Shown here in pieces: positions 8,486 to 17,318 of a stretch of 64,000 bases of DNA (position 1 is its first letter; every line of letters starts with the position of its first letter). Where the stretch lies: the IMG/VR virus record IMGVR_UViG_3300027743_000025, positions 1 through 64,000 of that record; one strand, 5' to 3'. The position numbers and the translations under genes are program-made. Under the pieces are notes generated by a model. The model was not told the DNA's origin, searched no databases, and saw nothing but the letters and a program-made list of their open reading frames with translations. This DNA comes from a virus.

Positions 8486-8838
8486 GTGCTGGTGCGGGTG
8501 GCAGCTGGGAGCTGCTGCTGGAGGAGAATCTCCGGCTGCGTGGGGAGGTGGCCGAGTGCCATGAGCTGCTGGCCGAATTGGTCGGTGGCCAATTCGACTA
8601 CCGGGTTCTGGTATCCCTTTGCGACCGCGCGGCTATGGTGCTCGGCCGGGCCAGGATCGCGCGGGGCAACACGGTTCCGGCCCCGGCCACGTATGCCGAG
8701 ATGGACGCGCGGCTGGGTGTCAACCGGCCGCGCGGCGGCGCCGTCAACGGGGATGTCGTTGTCAACCAGCCGTCCCCGGACGCGCACGAATGCCCGCAGT
8801 GCCGGGACTACGGCTGGTCCGGGTCGGGGGAACGGTGA
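8482..8838 (+). CDS. hypothetical protein with C-terminal CxxC
   Basis: GTGA overlap. Confidence 0.6.
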   Translation: MSAGAGGSWELLLEENLRLRGEVAECHELLAELVGGQFDYRVLVSLCDRAAMVLGRARIARGNTVPAPATYAEMDARLGVNRPRGGAVNGDVVVNQPSPDAHECPQCRDYGWSGSGER

Positions 8839-9104
8839 GCCGCCGGCCGTCGTTTCCCGGCGCGCGATCTCCGTGGGAGGAGACGGTCATGTACCGCCAC
8901 CCCGTCACGGGGGAGCGCTTCGTCTTCGTGCCGCTCCTCCAGCGGGTGGAGGCGTACACGAAGGGATCTCGTACGTCCTACCTCTGGGTGTTTGTCAACC
9001 ACACGGGGACAGACCCGAATCACCCCCTGGTGTGGCGGGCCGTCTGCGATCTCCTGGCCGGCCGCTATGACGAAAGGCGCGGCGAGCCTAAGATCCAGGC
9101 ATGA
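8835..9104 (+). CDS. hypothetical protein
   Basis: GTGA overlap. Confidence 0.6.
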   Translation: MSRRPSFPGARSPWEETVMYRHPVTGERFVFVPLLQRVEAYTKGSRTSYLWVFVNHTGTDPNHPLVWRAVCDLLAGRYDERRGEPKIQA

Positions 9105-9673
9105 CGCACGCTAAGAAACTCCTCGCTGTCCTTGCCGTAATCGTCCTACTTCTATCCGGCTCGGCCGTCCCTGCTGGTGCGGGTGCTGCTGGGGCGGCCG
9201 TCTGCCCGGGGGCCGCCGGCTTCCCCCTGTCGTCGCTCCCGAAGACCGCGCCGGGAGAGTCGCACGCCGGCCTGGGTTCAGTGGTGGCTTACCACGGGAC
9301 CTGCTTTGACAGGATCGTGTTCCTCTTTGACGTGACGGTTCACGGCTACCGCGTCGCCTATGAGGCGCCCTTTACCGAGGGGCGTGGCCTGCCGCTTGGG
9401 CCGTTTACCGCCGGTGGGGCCGTGCTCAACGTCGTGCTGTTCGCGAGTGCCTACCCCGAGGCTTTCGCGCCCGGCAAGGGGCTTACGGCTGGGGGGCACG
9501 GGGCCTTTGGATCCTTCCTGACCTTCAGGACCCTGCGCGATGGGCTGTATGGGGGCAGCTTTGAGGGTCGCACGACCTTCTCGATTGGCGTGCGGGCTCG
9601 GCTCCCCATGCGGGTTCAGGTTCTTACTGGCCCGCCGCGCATCGTGCTGGATGTGCTCCACGTCTGGCCGTAG
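9101..9673 (+). CDS. secreted AMIN-like domain protein
   Basis: signal peptide; FDRIVF...GYRVAY...GSFEGRTTFSIGV...RIVLDV pattern typical of actinobacterial AMIN-like proteins. Confidence 0.75.
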   Translation: MTHAKKLLAVLAVIVLLLSGSAVPAGAGAAGAAVCPGAAGFPLSSLPKTAPGESHAGLGSVVAYHGTCFDRIVFLFDVTVHGYRVAYEAPFTEGRGLPLGPFTAGGAVLNVVLFASAYPEAFAPGKGLTAGGHGAFGSFLTFRTLRDGLYGGSFEGRTTFSIGVRARLPMRVQVLTGPPRIVLDVLHVWP

Positions 9674-9683
9674 GGGGCCGCGT

Positions 9684-9712
9684 TTGGCACCTGCGTTGAC
9701 ACGTGTTAAGCT
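9684..9712 (+). promoter_or_regulatory. sigma-70-type leaderless promoter
   Basis: TTGGCA-N17-TAAGCT-N6-ATG with GTTGACA in the spacer. Confidence 0.7.
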
Positions 9713-9718
9713 ATAAGC

Positions 9719-9958
9719 ATGTTCATTCAGCATCCCGCCCACGTGATCCGCGACTCTGCTGCTTGGTTTTTGCTGGGGTTGCCCATTCTGTTCGTGGCCA
9801 CCATCATCGTGTCTATCTCAGCTGGAGGTCTCAGCCTGATAGTCGCCTACGCGGTGCAAGCCGTCGTCGTGTTCAGCGCGGCCGTGTGGCTGTTCAAGAA
9901 GTGGGACCGGCGCAACGTCGCCCGCGCGCTAGCTCGCAAAGCTGAAGGGCGCCTATAA
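9719..9958 (+). CDS. small 2-TM membrane protein
   Basis: two hydrophobic helices and basic tail. Confidence 0.75.
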   Translation: MFIQHPAHVIRDSAAWFLLGLPILFVATIIVSISAGGLSLIVAYAVQAVVVFSAAVWLFKKWDRRNVARALARKAEGRL

Positions 9959-10067
9959 GGGGTATCGGGGGACGGCGCTTAGGTATTTGTGGTGGTCGAT
10001 GGGCACGGTTTCGTGCACAGGTCAAAATGGTGGCCCGGCGACGTGGGGGGCTCCGGCCCGCCATTCG

Positions 10068-10098
10068 AAAAAGAGAGCGCCTCCGGCGCTCTCTTTTT
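10068..10098. terminator. intrinsic terminator
   Basis: AAAAAGAGAGCGCC-TCC-GGCGCTCTCTTTTT. Confidence 0.8.
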
Positions 10099-10148
10099 CT
10101 CGGGTGGCCCAGCTCACAAAATCCAGGGCCAAGGCTTGGCCCTTTTCG

Positions 10149-10177
10149 TTGACATATGTTGAGAGCTGAGCTAGGCT
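10149..10177 (+). promoter_or_regulatory. sigma-70-type promoter with tandem repeat
   Basis: TTGACA-N17-TAGGCT. Confidence 0.8.
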
Positions 10178-10220
10178 AGGGATACAAGGCAGGACAAGCT
10201 CTCAAGAAAGAGGCAGGAAG

Positions 10221-10907
10221 ATGCAAGAGACCAAGCCAGAGGCGATGACAGAGAAGCAAGAGGCTTATCTCGCAGCCCTCCTAGAATCTCGCGTCTGCCC
10301 TGCCTCTGTGTCAGGGGAGCTGGAGTTCCTGAAGGCCCTCAACATCAGCCCTGACAAGGCGACTGCCAGCAAGTACATCACCGCCCTCCAGGGCGCCCCC
10401 TACAAGCCCAAGACGGTCACCGTAAGCAATACGGTGCCTGAGGTTACGGTGCCTGCTTCTACCTACGTCCCCGCCAGCGTGAGCGGCGGCGCGCACGTTA
10501 CGGTGCAGCCCACCAGCAAGAGCAAGTGGCAGCAGTGGGAAGACATGCCGTGCGGCTACTACACCGTAGAAGGTTCGTTCTACAGCTACGGTGACACCGG
10601 CGTCGCGGTCTACCTGATCTCGATGCAGAAGAAGAAGTACGGTGCACCCCGCAAGATCGTGCGGCGGCTGTGGAAGTCGTATGAGGGTAAGCCCAAGTGG
10701 CAGACTCTGAGCTACCCCACCGCAGTTCAGAACCTCGCAGGCCACGCCCCGGTTGACATCGCTACGGTGGCAAAGCTCGGCCTGAACTTTGGCTTCTGCT
10801 GCTGCTGCCTCCGGACACTGACTGACCCGTTCAGTGTCCAAAATGGAATTGGCCCAGTCTGCGCAAAGACTTGGGGATACGCGCCGGCCAGTATGCTTGC
10901 GGGGTGA
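10221..10907 (+). CDS. DUF6011-like zinc-finger protein
   Basis: C-terminal CxxC-RTLTDPFSVQNGIGPVC; N-terminal MTEKQxAY motif. Confidence 0.8.
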   Translation: MQETKPEAMTEKQEAYLAALLESRVCPASVSGELEFLKALNISPDKATASKYITALQGAPYKPKTVTVSNTVPEVTVPASTYVPASVSGGAHVTVQPTSKSKWQQWEDMPCGYYTVEGSFYSYGDTGVAVYLISMQKKKYGAPRKIVRRLWKSYEGKPKWQTLSYPTAVQNLAGHAPVDIATVAKLGLNFGFCCCCLRTLTDPFSVQNGIGPVCAKTWGYAPASMLAG

Positions 10908-10950
10908 CCAAGAGCAAGGGCATCCGCTTCTAGCCCCGGCCCCGGTTGAC

Positions 10951-10977
10951 AGCCCCCGCCCCCGGCGGGGGCTTTTT
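10951..10977 (+). terminator. intrinsic terminator
   Basis: AGCCCCCGCC-CCC-GGCGGGGGCT followed by TTTT. Confidence 0.8.
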
Positions 10978-11003
10978 GTGGCCCGGGTCACAACCCCCAG
11001 ATT

Positions 11004-11032
11004 TGGTGACAGCCGTTGACACGCGCTAAGCT
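11004..11032 (+). promoter_or_regulatory. leaderless promoter with GGTGAC-N4-GTTGAC repeat
   Basis: TAAGCT-N6-ATG at 11039. Confidence 0.65.
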
Positions 11033-11038
11033 TCAGGT

Positions 11039-11215
11039 ATGAACGAGATCGCAACCGCCACCGCCACCGCCGAGTGGAAGGCCGGCTACCGGGCCGAGGC
11101 CCTCCAGATCCTGGCCGAGTGCGGCGCGACCAGCGGCGAGCTGAGGGAGTTCCTGAGCGGCCTCGGGTTTGGCACCGCGATCGCATGGACCCTAGTCGAG
11201 AGGTACGGAAAATGA
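11039..11215 (+). CDS. 58 aa hypothetical protein (not in ORF track)
   Basis: MNEIATATATAEWKAGYRAEALQILAECG...; leaderless; ATGA overlap with next gene. Confidence 0.7.
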   Translation: MNEIATATATAEWKAGYRAEALQILAECGATSGELREFLSGLGFGTAIAWTLVERYGK

Positions 11216-11385
11216 AGATCGGCACGCTGGTCAAGATCACCGGCAAGAGCACCGTCTACCGCGTCCGCGAGGTAGACCCCAAGAACGACATGGTCAAGAT
11301 CAGCGCGGCTGGCACCAACGTTGCCCGCCGGCACGACCACTCCGGGTGGATCGCCGCCCGCCGGTTGACAGAAGTTCCCGAATAA
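11212..11385 (+). CDS. small KOW/SH3-like protein
   Basis: MKIGTLVKITG...VREVD pattern. Confidence 0.65.
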   Translation: MKIGTLVKITGKSTVYRVREVDPKNDMVKISAAGTNVARRHDHSGWIAARRLTEVPE

Positions 11386-11422
11386 TCCTCATGTCCCCCG
11401 CCCGCGTGCCGATCAGAGAGTC

Positions 11423-11611
11423 GTGACGATGACAGAGTTCCTCCAGACGAAGACCGGCGGCCCCCACCTGCTGCACGTCCCCGCGAACCGGGCCGTGATC
11501 TCCAGCTGGCAGGCCACCGCGTGCGGCAGGATGGGTACCGCCGTCCAGATCGCCGCCGAAGGCGCCCGGGTGTGTGCGCAGTGCGCGCGGGCAACCGAGC
11601 TGAACCCGTGA
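11423..11611 (+). CDS. small H...CG...CxxC zinc-finger protein
   Basis: LLHVP...WQATACG...VCAQC, close to 5868..6065. Confidence 0.75.
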   Translation: MTMTEFLQTKTGGPHLLHVPANRAVISSWQATACGRMGTAVQIAAEGARVCAQCARATELNP

Positions 11612-11904
11612 CGGCCGCGCTACACCCCGGGAGGTTCGTACCAAACGTGAACAATCGTGGGGTTGAAGCCCTTATCCGCCGCTCCCCCGTCCCGCTGGCC
11701 GCCGACACCCGCCGGGAAGCGCGGCGCGCGGCCCGGGGAGGTCTCGATATCGCCCCGGTAATGGCCCTCAGCGCCACGCTCGCGCTACGGAACGGCCTGC
11801 GGGTAGTTCCACTCGCCCTCTGGGATGCCGCCGTGGTCACGGAGACTCTCCGGCGGCTCGATTGGGGCACTGACAGCCGGGACAGTGAGCTTCCTCCGGC
11901 TTGA
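11608..11904 (+). CDS. hypothetical protein
   Basis: GTGA overlap; overlaps a convergent ORF. Confidence 0.45.
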   Translation: MTAALHPGRFVPNVNNRGVEALIRRSPVPLAADTRREARRAARGGLDIAPVMALSATLALRNGLRVVPLALWDAAVVTETLRRLDWGTDSRDSELPPA

Positions 11905-12178
11905 CCGGCGCGATCAGGAGCCCAATGAGCCGCGCCGCGCCCGCCGCCGACTTGGATTGTCGCAAAATGGTGTCAACTGCCTCCGGAAAGTGCGCTGCGA
12001 GCTTTGCATACGCCTGTTCTAGAAGCGCAGTGTCAACCGTTTCGATGTCAACCGGCTCAGTTACGCGCCCCGCCCACCGATTTGGGCTGTGTGCGGCGCA
12101 ATAGTCGCGTTCGGGCAGTGCTATACCGGCGCAGTCAGTCCCATCCTTGCGTTGCTCCCGACACCCACCCGGCCCCAC
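11837..12178 (-). CDS. Zn-binding protein (C-x-KDG-x-C...YCxxH)
   Basis: CREQRKDGTDC...DYCAAH motif; C-terminal CPGC. Confidence 0.6.
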   Translation of the reverse strand: MGPGGCREQRKDGTDCAGIALPERDYCAAHSPNRWAGRVTEPVDIETVDTALLEQAYAKLAAHFPEAVDTILRQSKSAAGAARLIGLLIAPVKPEEAHCPGCQCPNRAAGESP

Positions 12179-12454
12179 GTTATGCCCATCATTACCCGAT
12201 ATTACCGAATCCTACCCACATGCTCCCAGATCCTCATCCTACCAAGATCACTCACTCCCAGTGCTCTCGGTACCTGGCCCGTCCCGCCACGGCCTCCCCG
12301 GTCTCCACCAGATCCCACCATCCGTTACGCCTGTCCAGGCGCACCCGGTACCTGCGCCCTGTCAACCACGCCCGACGACTGGCCTCCGCCACGGCCGACT
12401 CAAAGTCCCTGAACCACGCCATCGATGCTCCTAACTGCACGCCGACCCCCGAGT

Positions 12455-12640
12455 GGGGGTGACAAGTGGGGGTGACGGGGGTGACAACTTGTCACCCCCT
12501 TGTGTAAAAAGTCTTTTACAAAAGAGACAAAGTGACTGTTGATCTTATTATGGGGGGGAGGTTTGTTATAGTTTGAAGTAATTCGGGGGTGACAAATTTT
12601 CTCCTGGGGGTGACAAAATCACCCCCTTTCTGTCACCCCC
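12455..12640. repeat. putative replication origin: GGGGTGAC(AA) iterons flanking an AT-rich tract
   Basis: five direct and about three inverted copies around the most AT-rich stretch seen in the window; abuts 3' end of primase-helicase. Confidence 0.75.
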
Positions 12641-15282
12641 AAACCGTCGATGGATGCCAGATGGAACGTTACCTTTTCGTTACCATTTCCAGCAGCCACG
12701 CGACGCTCTACTTTTCCCAAAGACACCAGTCTGTCCAGAACGTCATAACAAACGTCCCGAGATCCCTTGTCCCCACCCATGGCGCGACGAACATCAGCCC
12801 GACTAGGCCCGTGCCCAGGAGCCCACCCTTCCAGGAACTTCAAGATCTTCCGTGCCGCCTTGTCAACCGCCGAGACAGCCTTGGCCGCGTCCCCCGAAGC
12901 CGAGAGCGCCTCACGAATCGCGACCGCCGTGTCCACCGCGTTCTGCACCCGGGGAGCGTTGAGCCGCCGCGCGCCCACCGGCACCGCCCACTCGCAGGCC
13001 GCCACCACGCCGGCAGCGTGCTGCAATAGCACGGCCGCCTTGTCCCACCAGCGACGCGAGATCCCCTCCCCACCCAGCTGCCCATGTCCGCGTGCCAGCA
13101 GCGCGGCCAGCTGATACCGGAGGTCCACGTTTGCCTCTGGAGCCACCACGTACGTGGGATCCAGGGTCGTACGCACGGGCAGGACCAGCTCCCGAGCTTC
13201 TCGCCGCACATCCTCGGCAACCGGGATGAGCCTCTCTGGCGTGCCGTACGTGTCGCTGAACTGAAGGCCAGCGAATTGATCTTCAAAGCGCGGCAGCTTC
13301 CCAGGCCATGTGACACCCAGCTCGCCCACGTAGGCATCCCCTTGACACCCCACCCACAGGAAGCGCTGGGTAAGACCCCCAGCAGTTTCCCCGAGCAGGA
13401 AGCCCGCGTTCATAGGCTGGAGCCCGACGACCATCACCATGCGGTACGTGCCAGCCTCTACGCGCTGCTTGAGCCCCTTTGTCTTCCACCCGAAGGCCAG
13501 CCGCTCTCCGGACCACGCCTGCCGTAGCAGGGACAGCAGGTGCCCCGCGCCCGACCTACCGGCCAGCTCGGACAGCAGCGTGCCCTCATCTACGTAGAAG
13601 ACCACCGAGTCCCGGTCCCGCTTGTTGACCAGCGATTTAGGGTCTGGACCAACATCATCAAAGTATTGATCAATCAAGCCCTCCGGCGACCCCAGATCTA
13701 CCTGCGCATAGTTCGGCTCATGCCCCGCGTCCCCGCACCAGCAGGCCGCCACGCGCGCCGGGTAGAGCTTGCGGGCCACGTTGTACGCCCACGTCTTGCC
13801 AGACCGGGAGATACCCGTGAGCGCGATGAACGGGTTGATAGGGCCGTGTGGCGTGAGCACGTCCAGCGGGATGTCCAGCGCCCAGAGTCCCATCACCGCG
13901 CCCAGCACCCCACCGCGTTGCGCCCCGAAGTGATCTGCCCCGTCCCGGATGTGCCGGAGCACGTCGGTATCCCAGAACGATTCCGGGAGCACGGGCATGA
14001 GAGGACCGCTGCTGCTGCCGGCCGGCTCCTCTTCCTGCTGCTGTGCAGCCACCGTGTCAACCAGCCCGATAGGCTCGCCCCCACTGCCGCCGCCGGCCGG
14101 CTTGCCAGGCGCAGCCGCTGCCCTCGCCACGGCCGGGGGAGGAACCGGAGCGTCTGCCGCCGAGCCACCCACCTCGGACGCCACCAGCGCGCCGGCCAGC
14201 ACCTCTGAGCCCCCGAGCGCCTCGGCCATAGCCTCTAGCCCGAGCCAGTCGCTTTCCGTCATCGCCTCGCCGTAGCACGTGCACGAGCTATCTGGCAGGC
14301 CCAGCATTGACTCCGCCTTGTGCACCGCGCCGGACACCGCCCGGAAGAACTCCTGCTGCCACTGGCGGGTAGGTTCATCGGACACGCGATCTTTGTAGGC
14401 CAGCCAGACCTTCCCGAGCGCGGTACCAACCCCCCGGTGTCCCTCCCAACACAGCAGGACCAGCGCATACGTAGCCGAGACCATGGTCGGGTAGCGCGAC
14501 GGCTCCACCTCAACGTTCGCCACGCAGGTATCGGCAGCCGCCCGGACCTTGCCGCACGGAACCTCATCGGTTGACAGAGACAGCAGCCAGTCCTTGCCGT
14601 GCCCGGAAGTGCCGGCCGGTGCCACCTCGCCGCTGCCGCCGATCCCGCCGCCGGACACAGCTGGAAACGCTGCCCGGATGTTCTGACAGGCCCATTCGGG
14701 TAGGGCCGTGACATCAGCGGCAGTCGGGAAGTGATCCAGCTCGACGCCGCCGCGACCGATCTGGTAGCGCGCGCCACCAGCGTCCGGGTTGGTGCCGGCC
14801 ACCACGATGTACCCGAACTTAGCCCGCCGGATGTCAACCGCCCCGAACTCACCGGGGAGCGTAGCGATGATGTCTAGGGGAGCCCGGAAGATCAGCGTGC
14901 CGGATCTCTTCTCCATCCCCAGGCCGCGCGACGCGACCATGATGGCTGTTGACCACAGCTGCTGAGCCCGGACCTCGGACCCTTTGCACACGTACTTGAC
15001 GAAGTCCTGCCAGCCCTCTTTGAGCTGGCCATCTTTCTCATAAGTATCGATATCGAAGGCGACGTATCCCGGAGCCAGACGGAGCCCCAGGTCGTACGGG
15101 ATACCACGCGCCACGACCTGCTTGCACCACGCGCTGGTTATCTCGATGCCGTGAAGGCCGTGAGCCTTAGGCTCCTTGCATGCCTTGCCGCCGGCCAGAA
15201 CGTTGATAGGTTCGCCGATGCCAGAGTCTAAGACCTCTTGGAACTTTGCCGCGAACGCGCTTATACTGCCATCAGTTGCCAT
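12619..15282 (-). CDS. bifunctional primase/polymerase fused to P-loop helicase (DUF3987-like)
   Basis: N-terminal AFDID and GYIVV prim-pol motifs; Walker A GISRSGKT, Walker B FYVDEG, GLTQRF; C-terminal wHTH-like. Confidence 0.8.
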   Translation of the reverse strand: MATDGSISAFAAKFQEVLDSGIGEPINVLAGGKACKEPKAHGLHGIEITSAWCKQVVARGIPYDLGLRLAPGYVAFDIDTYEKDGQLKEGWQDFVKYVCKGSEVRAQQLWSTAIMVASRGLGMEKRSGTLIFRAPLDIIATLPGEFGAVDIRRAKFGYIVVAGTNPDAGGARYQIGRGGVELDHFPTAADVTALPEWACQNIRAAFPAVSGGGIGGSGEVAPAGTSGHGKDWLLSLSTDEVPCGKVRAAADTCVANVEVEPSRYPTMVSATYALVLLCWEGHRGVGTALGKVWLAYKDRVSDEPTRQWQQEFFRAVSGAVHKAESMLGLPDSSCTCYGEAMTESDWLGLEAMAEALGGSEVLAGALVASEVGGSAADAPVPPPAVARAAAAPGKPAGGGSGGEPIGLVDTVAAQQQEEEPAGSSSGPLMPVLPESFWDTDVLRHIRDGADHFGAQRGGVLGAVMGLWALDIPLDVLTPHGPINPFIALTGISRSGKTWAYNVARKLYPARVAACWCGDAGHEPNYAQVDLGSPEGLIDQYFDDVGPDPKSLVNKRDRDSVVFYVDEGTLLSELAGRSGAGHLLSLLRQAWSGERLAFGWKTKGLKQRVEAGTYRMVMVVGLQPMNAGFLLGETAGGLTQRFLWVGCQGDAYVGELGVTWPGKLPRFEDQFAGLQFSDTYGTPERLIPVAEDVRREARELVLPVRTTLDPTYVVAPEANVDLRYQLAALLARGHGQLGGEGISRRWWDKAAVLLQHAAGVVAACEWAVPVGARRLNAPRVQNAVDTAVAIREALSASGDAAKAVSAVDKAARKILKFLEGWAPGHGPSRADVRRAMGGDKGSRDVCYDVLDRLVSLGKVERRVAAGNGNEKVTFHLASIDGLGVTERG

Positions 15283-15466
15283 CGCAGCTCCCTAAAGCTG
15301 AGTGGCCAGTCAACGAAGACGCCGATGATGTAACGGCCGGGCCACTCCCCAGAGTGCCCGGCCAACTTCATGTTTGCGAAGAAGTCAACCGGATGCGAGG
15401 TTCACCCCGCAGGGTTGTGAGCTTACCCCCCGCCTAACCTCCTGCGGTAGCCCGCAAAACAGGCAG

Positions 15467-15496
15467 TTGACAGCCGGCCAAGCAGCCCCCTAGATT
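15467..15496 (+). promoter_or_regulatory. sigma-70-type promoter
   Basis: TTGACA-N18-TAGATT. Confidence 0.55.
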
Positions 15497-15553
15497 CTCT
15501 GCCATGGGCATCTTCACTCACCTGCAAGGAACAATTCTGTCTTGATTGGAGAT

Positions 15554-16549
15554 GTGCCCATGGGGATACCTAGCCCCCTATTAGTCAAGATCTACCTGCC
15601 CGGTGACGACGACCTTGAGTATTACGCTGAGGTCGAATCCCCTTATGACGCCAAGGACATCATCAAGATCAAGTCCTACGGGTGCAAGTGGGATAAGTAC
15701 AAGAAGCGTTGGCTGGTGCCCACGGACGATGTTCCGGATTTGGTTGAAGCCCTTAAGGTAAACGGATACCGGACTCACATCATGGACACTAAGGCTCCGG
15801 CCAGGGAGCCCCACGTCGGAGGCATCAAGACCGAGTATAAGGGTATTCAGTTCCGGTCCATGTTGGAGGCTAGGTACGCTGCCTGGTTTGACCTGGTTGG
15901 CTGGCAGTGGGTGTACGAACCGTTTGAGGCTGACCACTACATCCCCGACTTCATGATCCAGGGAGAGCACCCGTTCCTGGTTGAGGTCAAGCCGGCCATG
16001 AGCCAAGCCGAGTACATGGAACCGGTTGACAGGATCAGCAAGGCGTGTGCCGAGGTCTGGAAGAACGACATCTTGATCCTCGGTACGACCCCGTTCGCCC
16101 CAACCCTTGATGATGCTGAGTACCTCCATGACAACCGGTACCCCAACTCTGAGTGGGAGCTTAGGCTGGGAAGCGGTAATCAGATTGCTGGTTGGTTTGG
16201 TGAGTATGATCCCGACGCTATGACAGTTGTAGACACTGGACCCGTGATGTGTCCGACCCCCGGAGGCATGGAGGAAGCGCCATCCGGCATGATAGCTCCG
16301 CCCCTGACACACCCGTATAGCTGGGATGTCGGTTACTGGTGCTACTGCACAGCTCACTACGAATACACCGGTCAGGGGAGTGAACCTGTGCGCGTGCCGT
16401 GTGGGAACCTTGGAGTGTGGCACCTGTGGGGGAGCTGGAATGCTCGCCCCTGTAGCCATCACGACAAGTGGTATGGTCCCGTGACTGAGATCAATATGCG
16501 AGACCTCTGGAATCAAGCCGGCAACACGGTCCGGTGGGAGCCCAGCTAG
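15554..16549 (+). CDS. PD-(D/E)XK endonuclease with N-terminal HARP-like domain
   Basis: YKGIQFRSMLEARYA...YEP...YIPDF...VEVK; N-terminal SPYD...KWDKYKKRWLVP. Confidence 0.8.
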   Translation: MPMGIPSPLLVKIYLPGDDDLEYYAEVESPYDAKDIIKIKSYGCKWDKYKKRWLVPTDDVPDLVEALKVNGYRTHIMDTKAPAREPHVGGIKTEYKGIQFRSMLEARYAAWFDLVGWQWVYEPFEADHYIPDFMIQGEHPFLVEVKPAMSQAEYMEPVDRISKACAEVWKNDILILGTTPFAPTLDDAEYLHDNRYPNSEWELRLGSGNQIAGWFGEYDPDAMTVVDTGPVMCPTPGGMEEAPSGMIAPPLTHPYSWDVGYWCYCTAHYEYTGQGSEPVRVPCGNLGVWHLWGSWNARPCSHHDKWYGPVTEINMRDLWNQAGNTVRWEPS

Positions 16550-16553
16550 ACCC

Positions 16554-16582
16554 TTGACGAACCCGGCCACCCGAGCTAGTTT
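16554..16582 (+). promoter_or_regulatory. promoter preceding an ORF-less structured region
   Basis: TTGACG-N17-TAGTTT. Confidence 0.55.
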
Positions 16583-16587
16583 CACCA

Positions 16588-16760
16588 CCAGCGCCGACAG
16601 GCCGCGCGCCCCAGCGAGGATCACGACCGGGATCATGGACTGGCTGGGTAGCCGAAGACCCCCGCAGGGCATAGCGCATACCGTGCGGGGGTCTTTGCTA
16701 TGCTGCACACGTAGCGGGAGGGAGCCGCCCCGGCAGGGGCCGCCCCCTCCCTTTTCGTTG
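16588..16760 (+). ncRNA. candidate small RNA
   Basis: promoter followed by hairpins at about 16609-16647, 16655-16697 and 16716-16755 (last two with T tails); no credible ORF. Confidence 0.35.
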
Positions 16761-16858
16761 GCTACACTGTCAACCGTGCCCTATGGCGCCCACGCTCCTA
16801 GCCTCAACGGGCGGATGTCGTGCACAGGCACAGCGTGCCGCGAGAGCGCAGCGGACGC

Positions 16859-16897
16859 AGCAAAGACCCCCGACCGGCCAGCCGGGGGTCTCTTGCT
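16859..16897 (-). terminator. terminator hairpin after lipoprotein gene
   Basis: AGACCCCCG...CGGGGGTCT with flanking pairing. Confidence 0.65.
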
Positions 16898-16905
16898 GTC
16901 AACCG

Positions 16906-17247
16906 TCAGACACTGCAAGAGGTAGAGATCAGACCGAGGTCCATCTCCTGAAGCTGAGCGTCGCCCTTGTCGCGGACCAGGTAGTAACGGGCGTACTCAC
17001 GGGCCGTAGCGTCGGCAGTCTTGTCGTTCTGCAGCGCCTTGAGGGCAGCAGCGATCTGAGCCTTGGATCCGGTCAGAATGGCCTCACGTGCCGCGTCGCA
17101 CGTCGAGGGCTTCTCGGCCGCCGGAGCTGCTGCTCCACCGCCAGACTGAGGCAGGGCATCCTTGTCAGTGCCACCGGCTCCGCAGGCGACGGAAAGTCCG
17201 ATCAGCGGTACAGCCAGGGCAGTGATGATCAGGCTGAGCTTGCGCAT
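16906..17247 (-). CDS. lipoprotein
   Basis: AAGGAG RBS; signal peptide with lipobox SVAC; extra Cys pair. Confidence 0.8.
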   Translation of the reverse strand: MRKLSLIITALAVPLIGLSVACGAGGTDKDALPQSGGGAAAPAAEKPSTCDAAREAILTGSKAQIAAALKALQNDKTADATAREYARYYLVRDKGDAQLQEMDLGLISTSCSV

Positions 17248-17318
17248 AATTTGTGCTCCTTGGTTGTGGTGGTTGGTGGAACCCGGCCGGCCCCAGGCGG
17301 AGCCGGCCGGTACTACTA

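Noticed and set aside
12004-12462. Plus-strand ORFs next to the origin
   Set aside because: No RBS, atypical composition and overlapping alternatives in several frames; coding status unsupported.
12455-12640. CRISPR array
   Set aside because: Repeats are 8-11 bp, irregularly spaced and in both orientations; there are no spacers of constant length. The Cas4-like gene is an ordinary phage exonuclease.
15290-15450. Riboswitch upstream of primase
   Set aside because: Only imperfect hairpins; no recognisable aptamer consensus.
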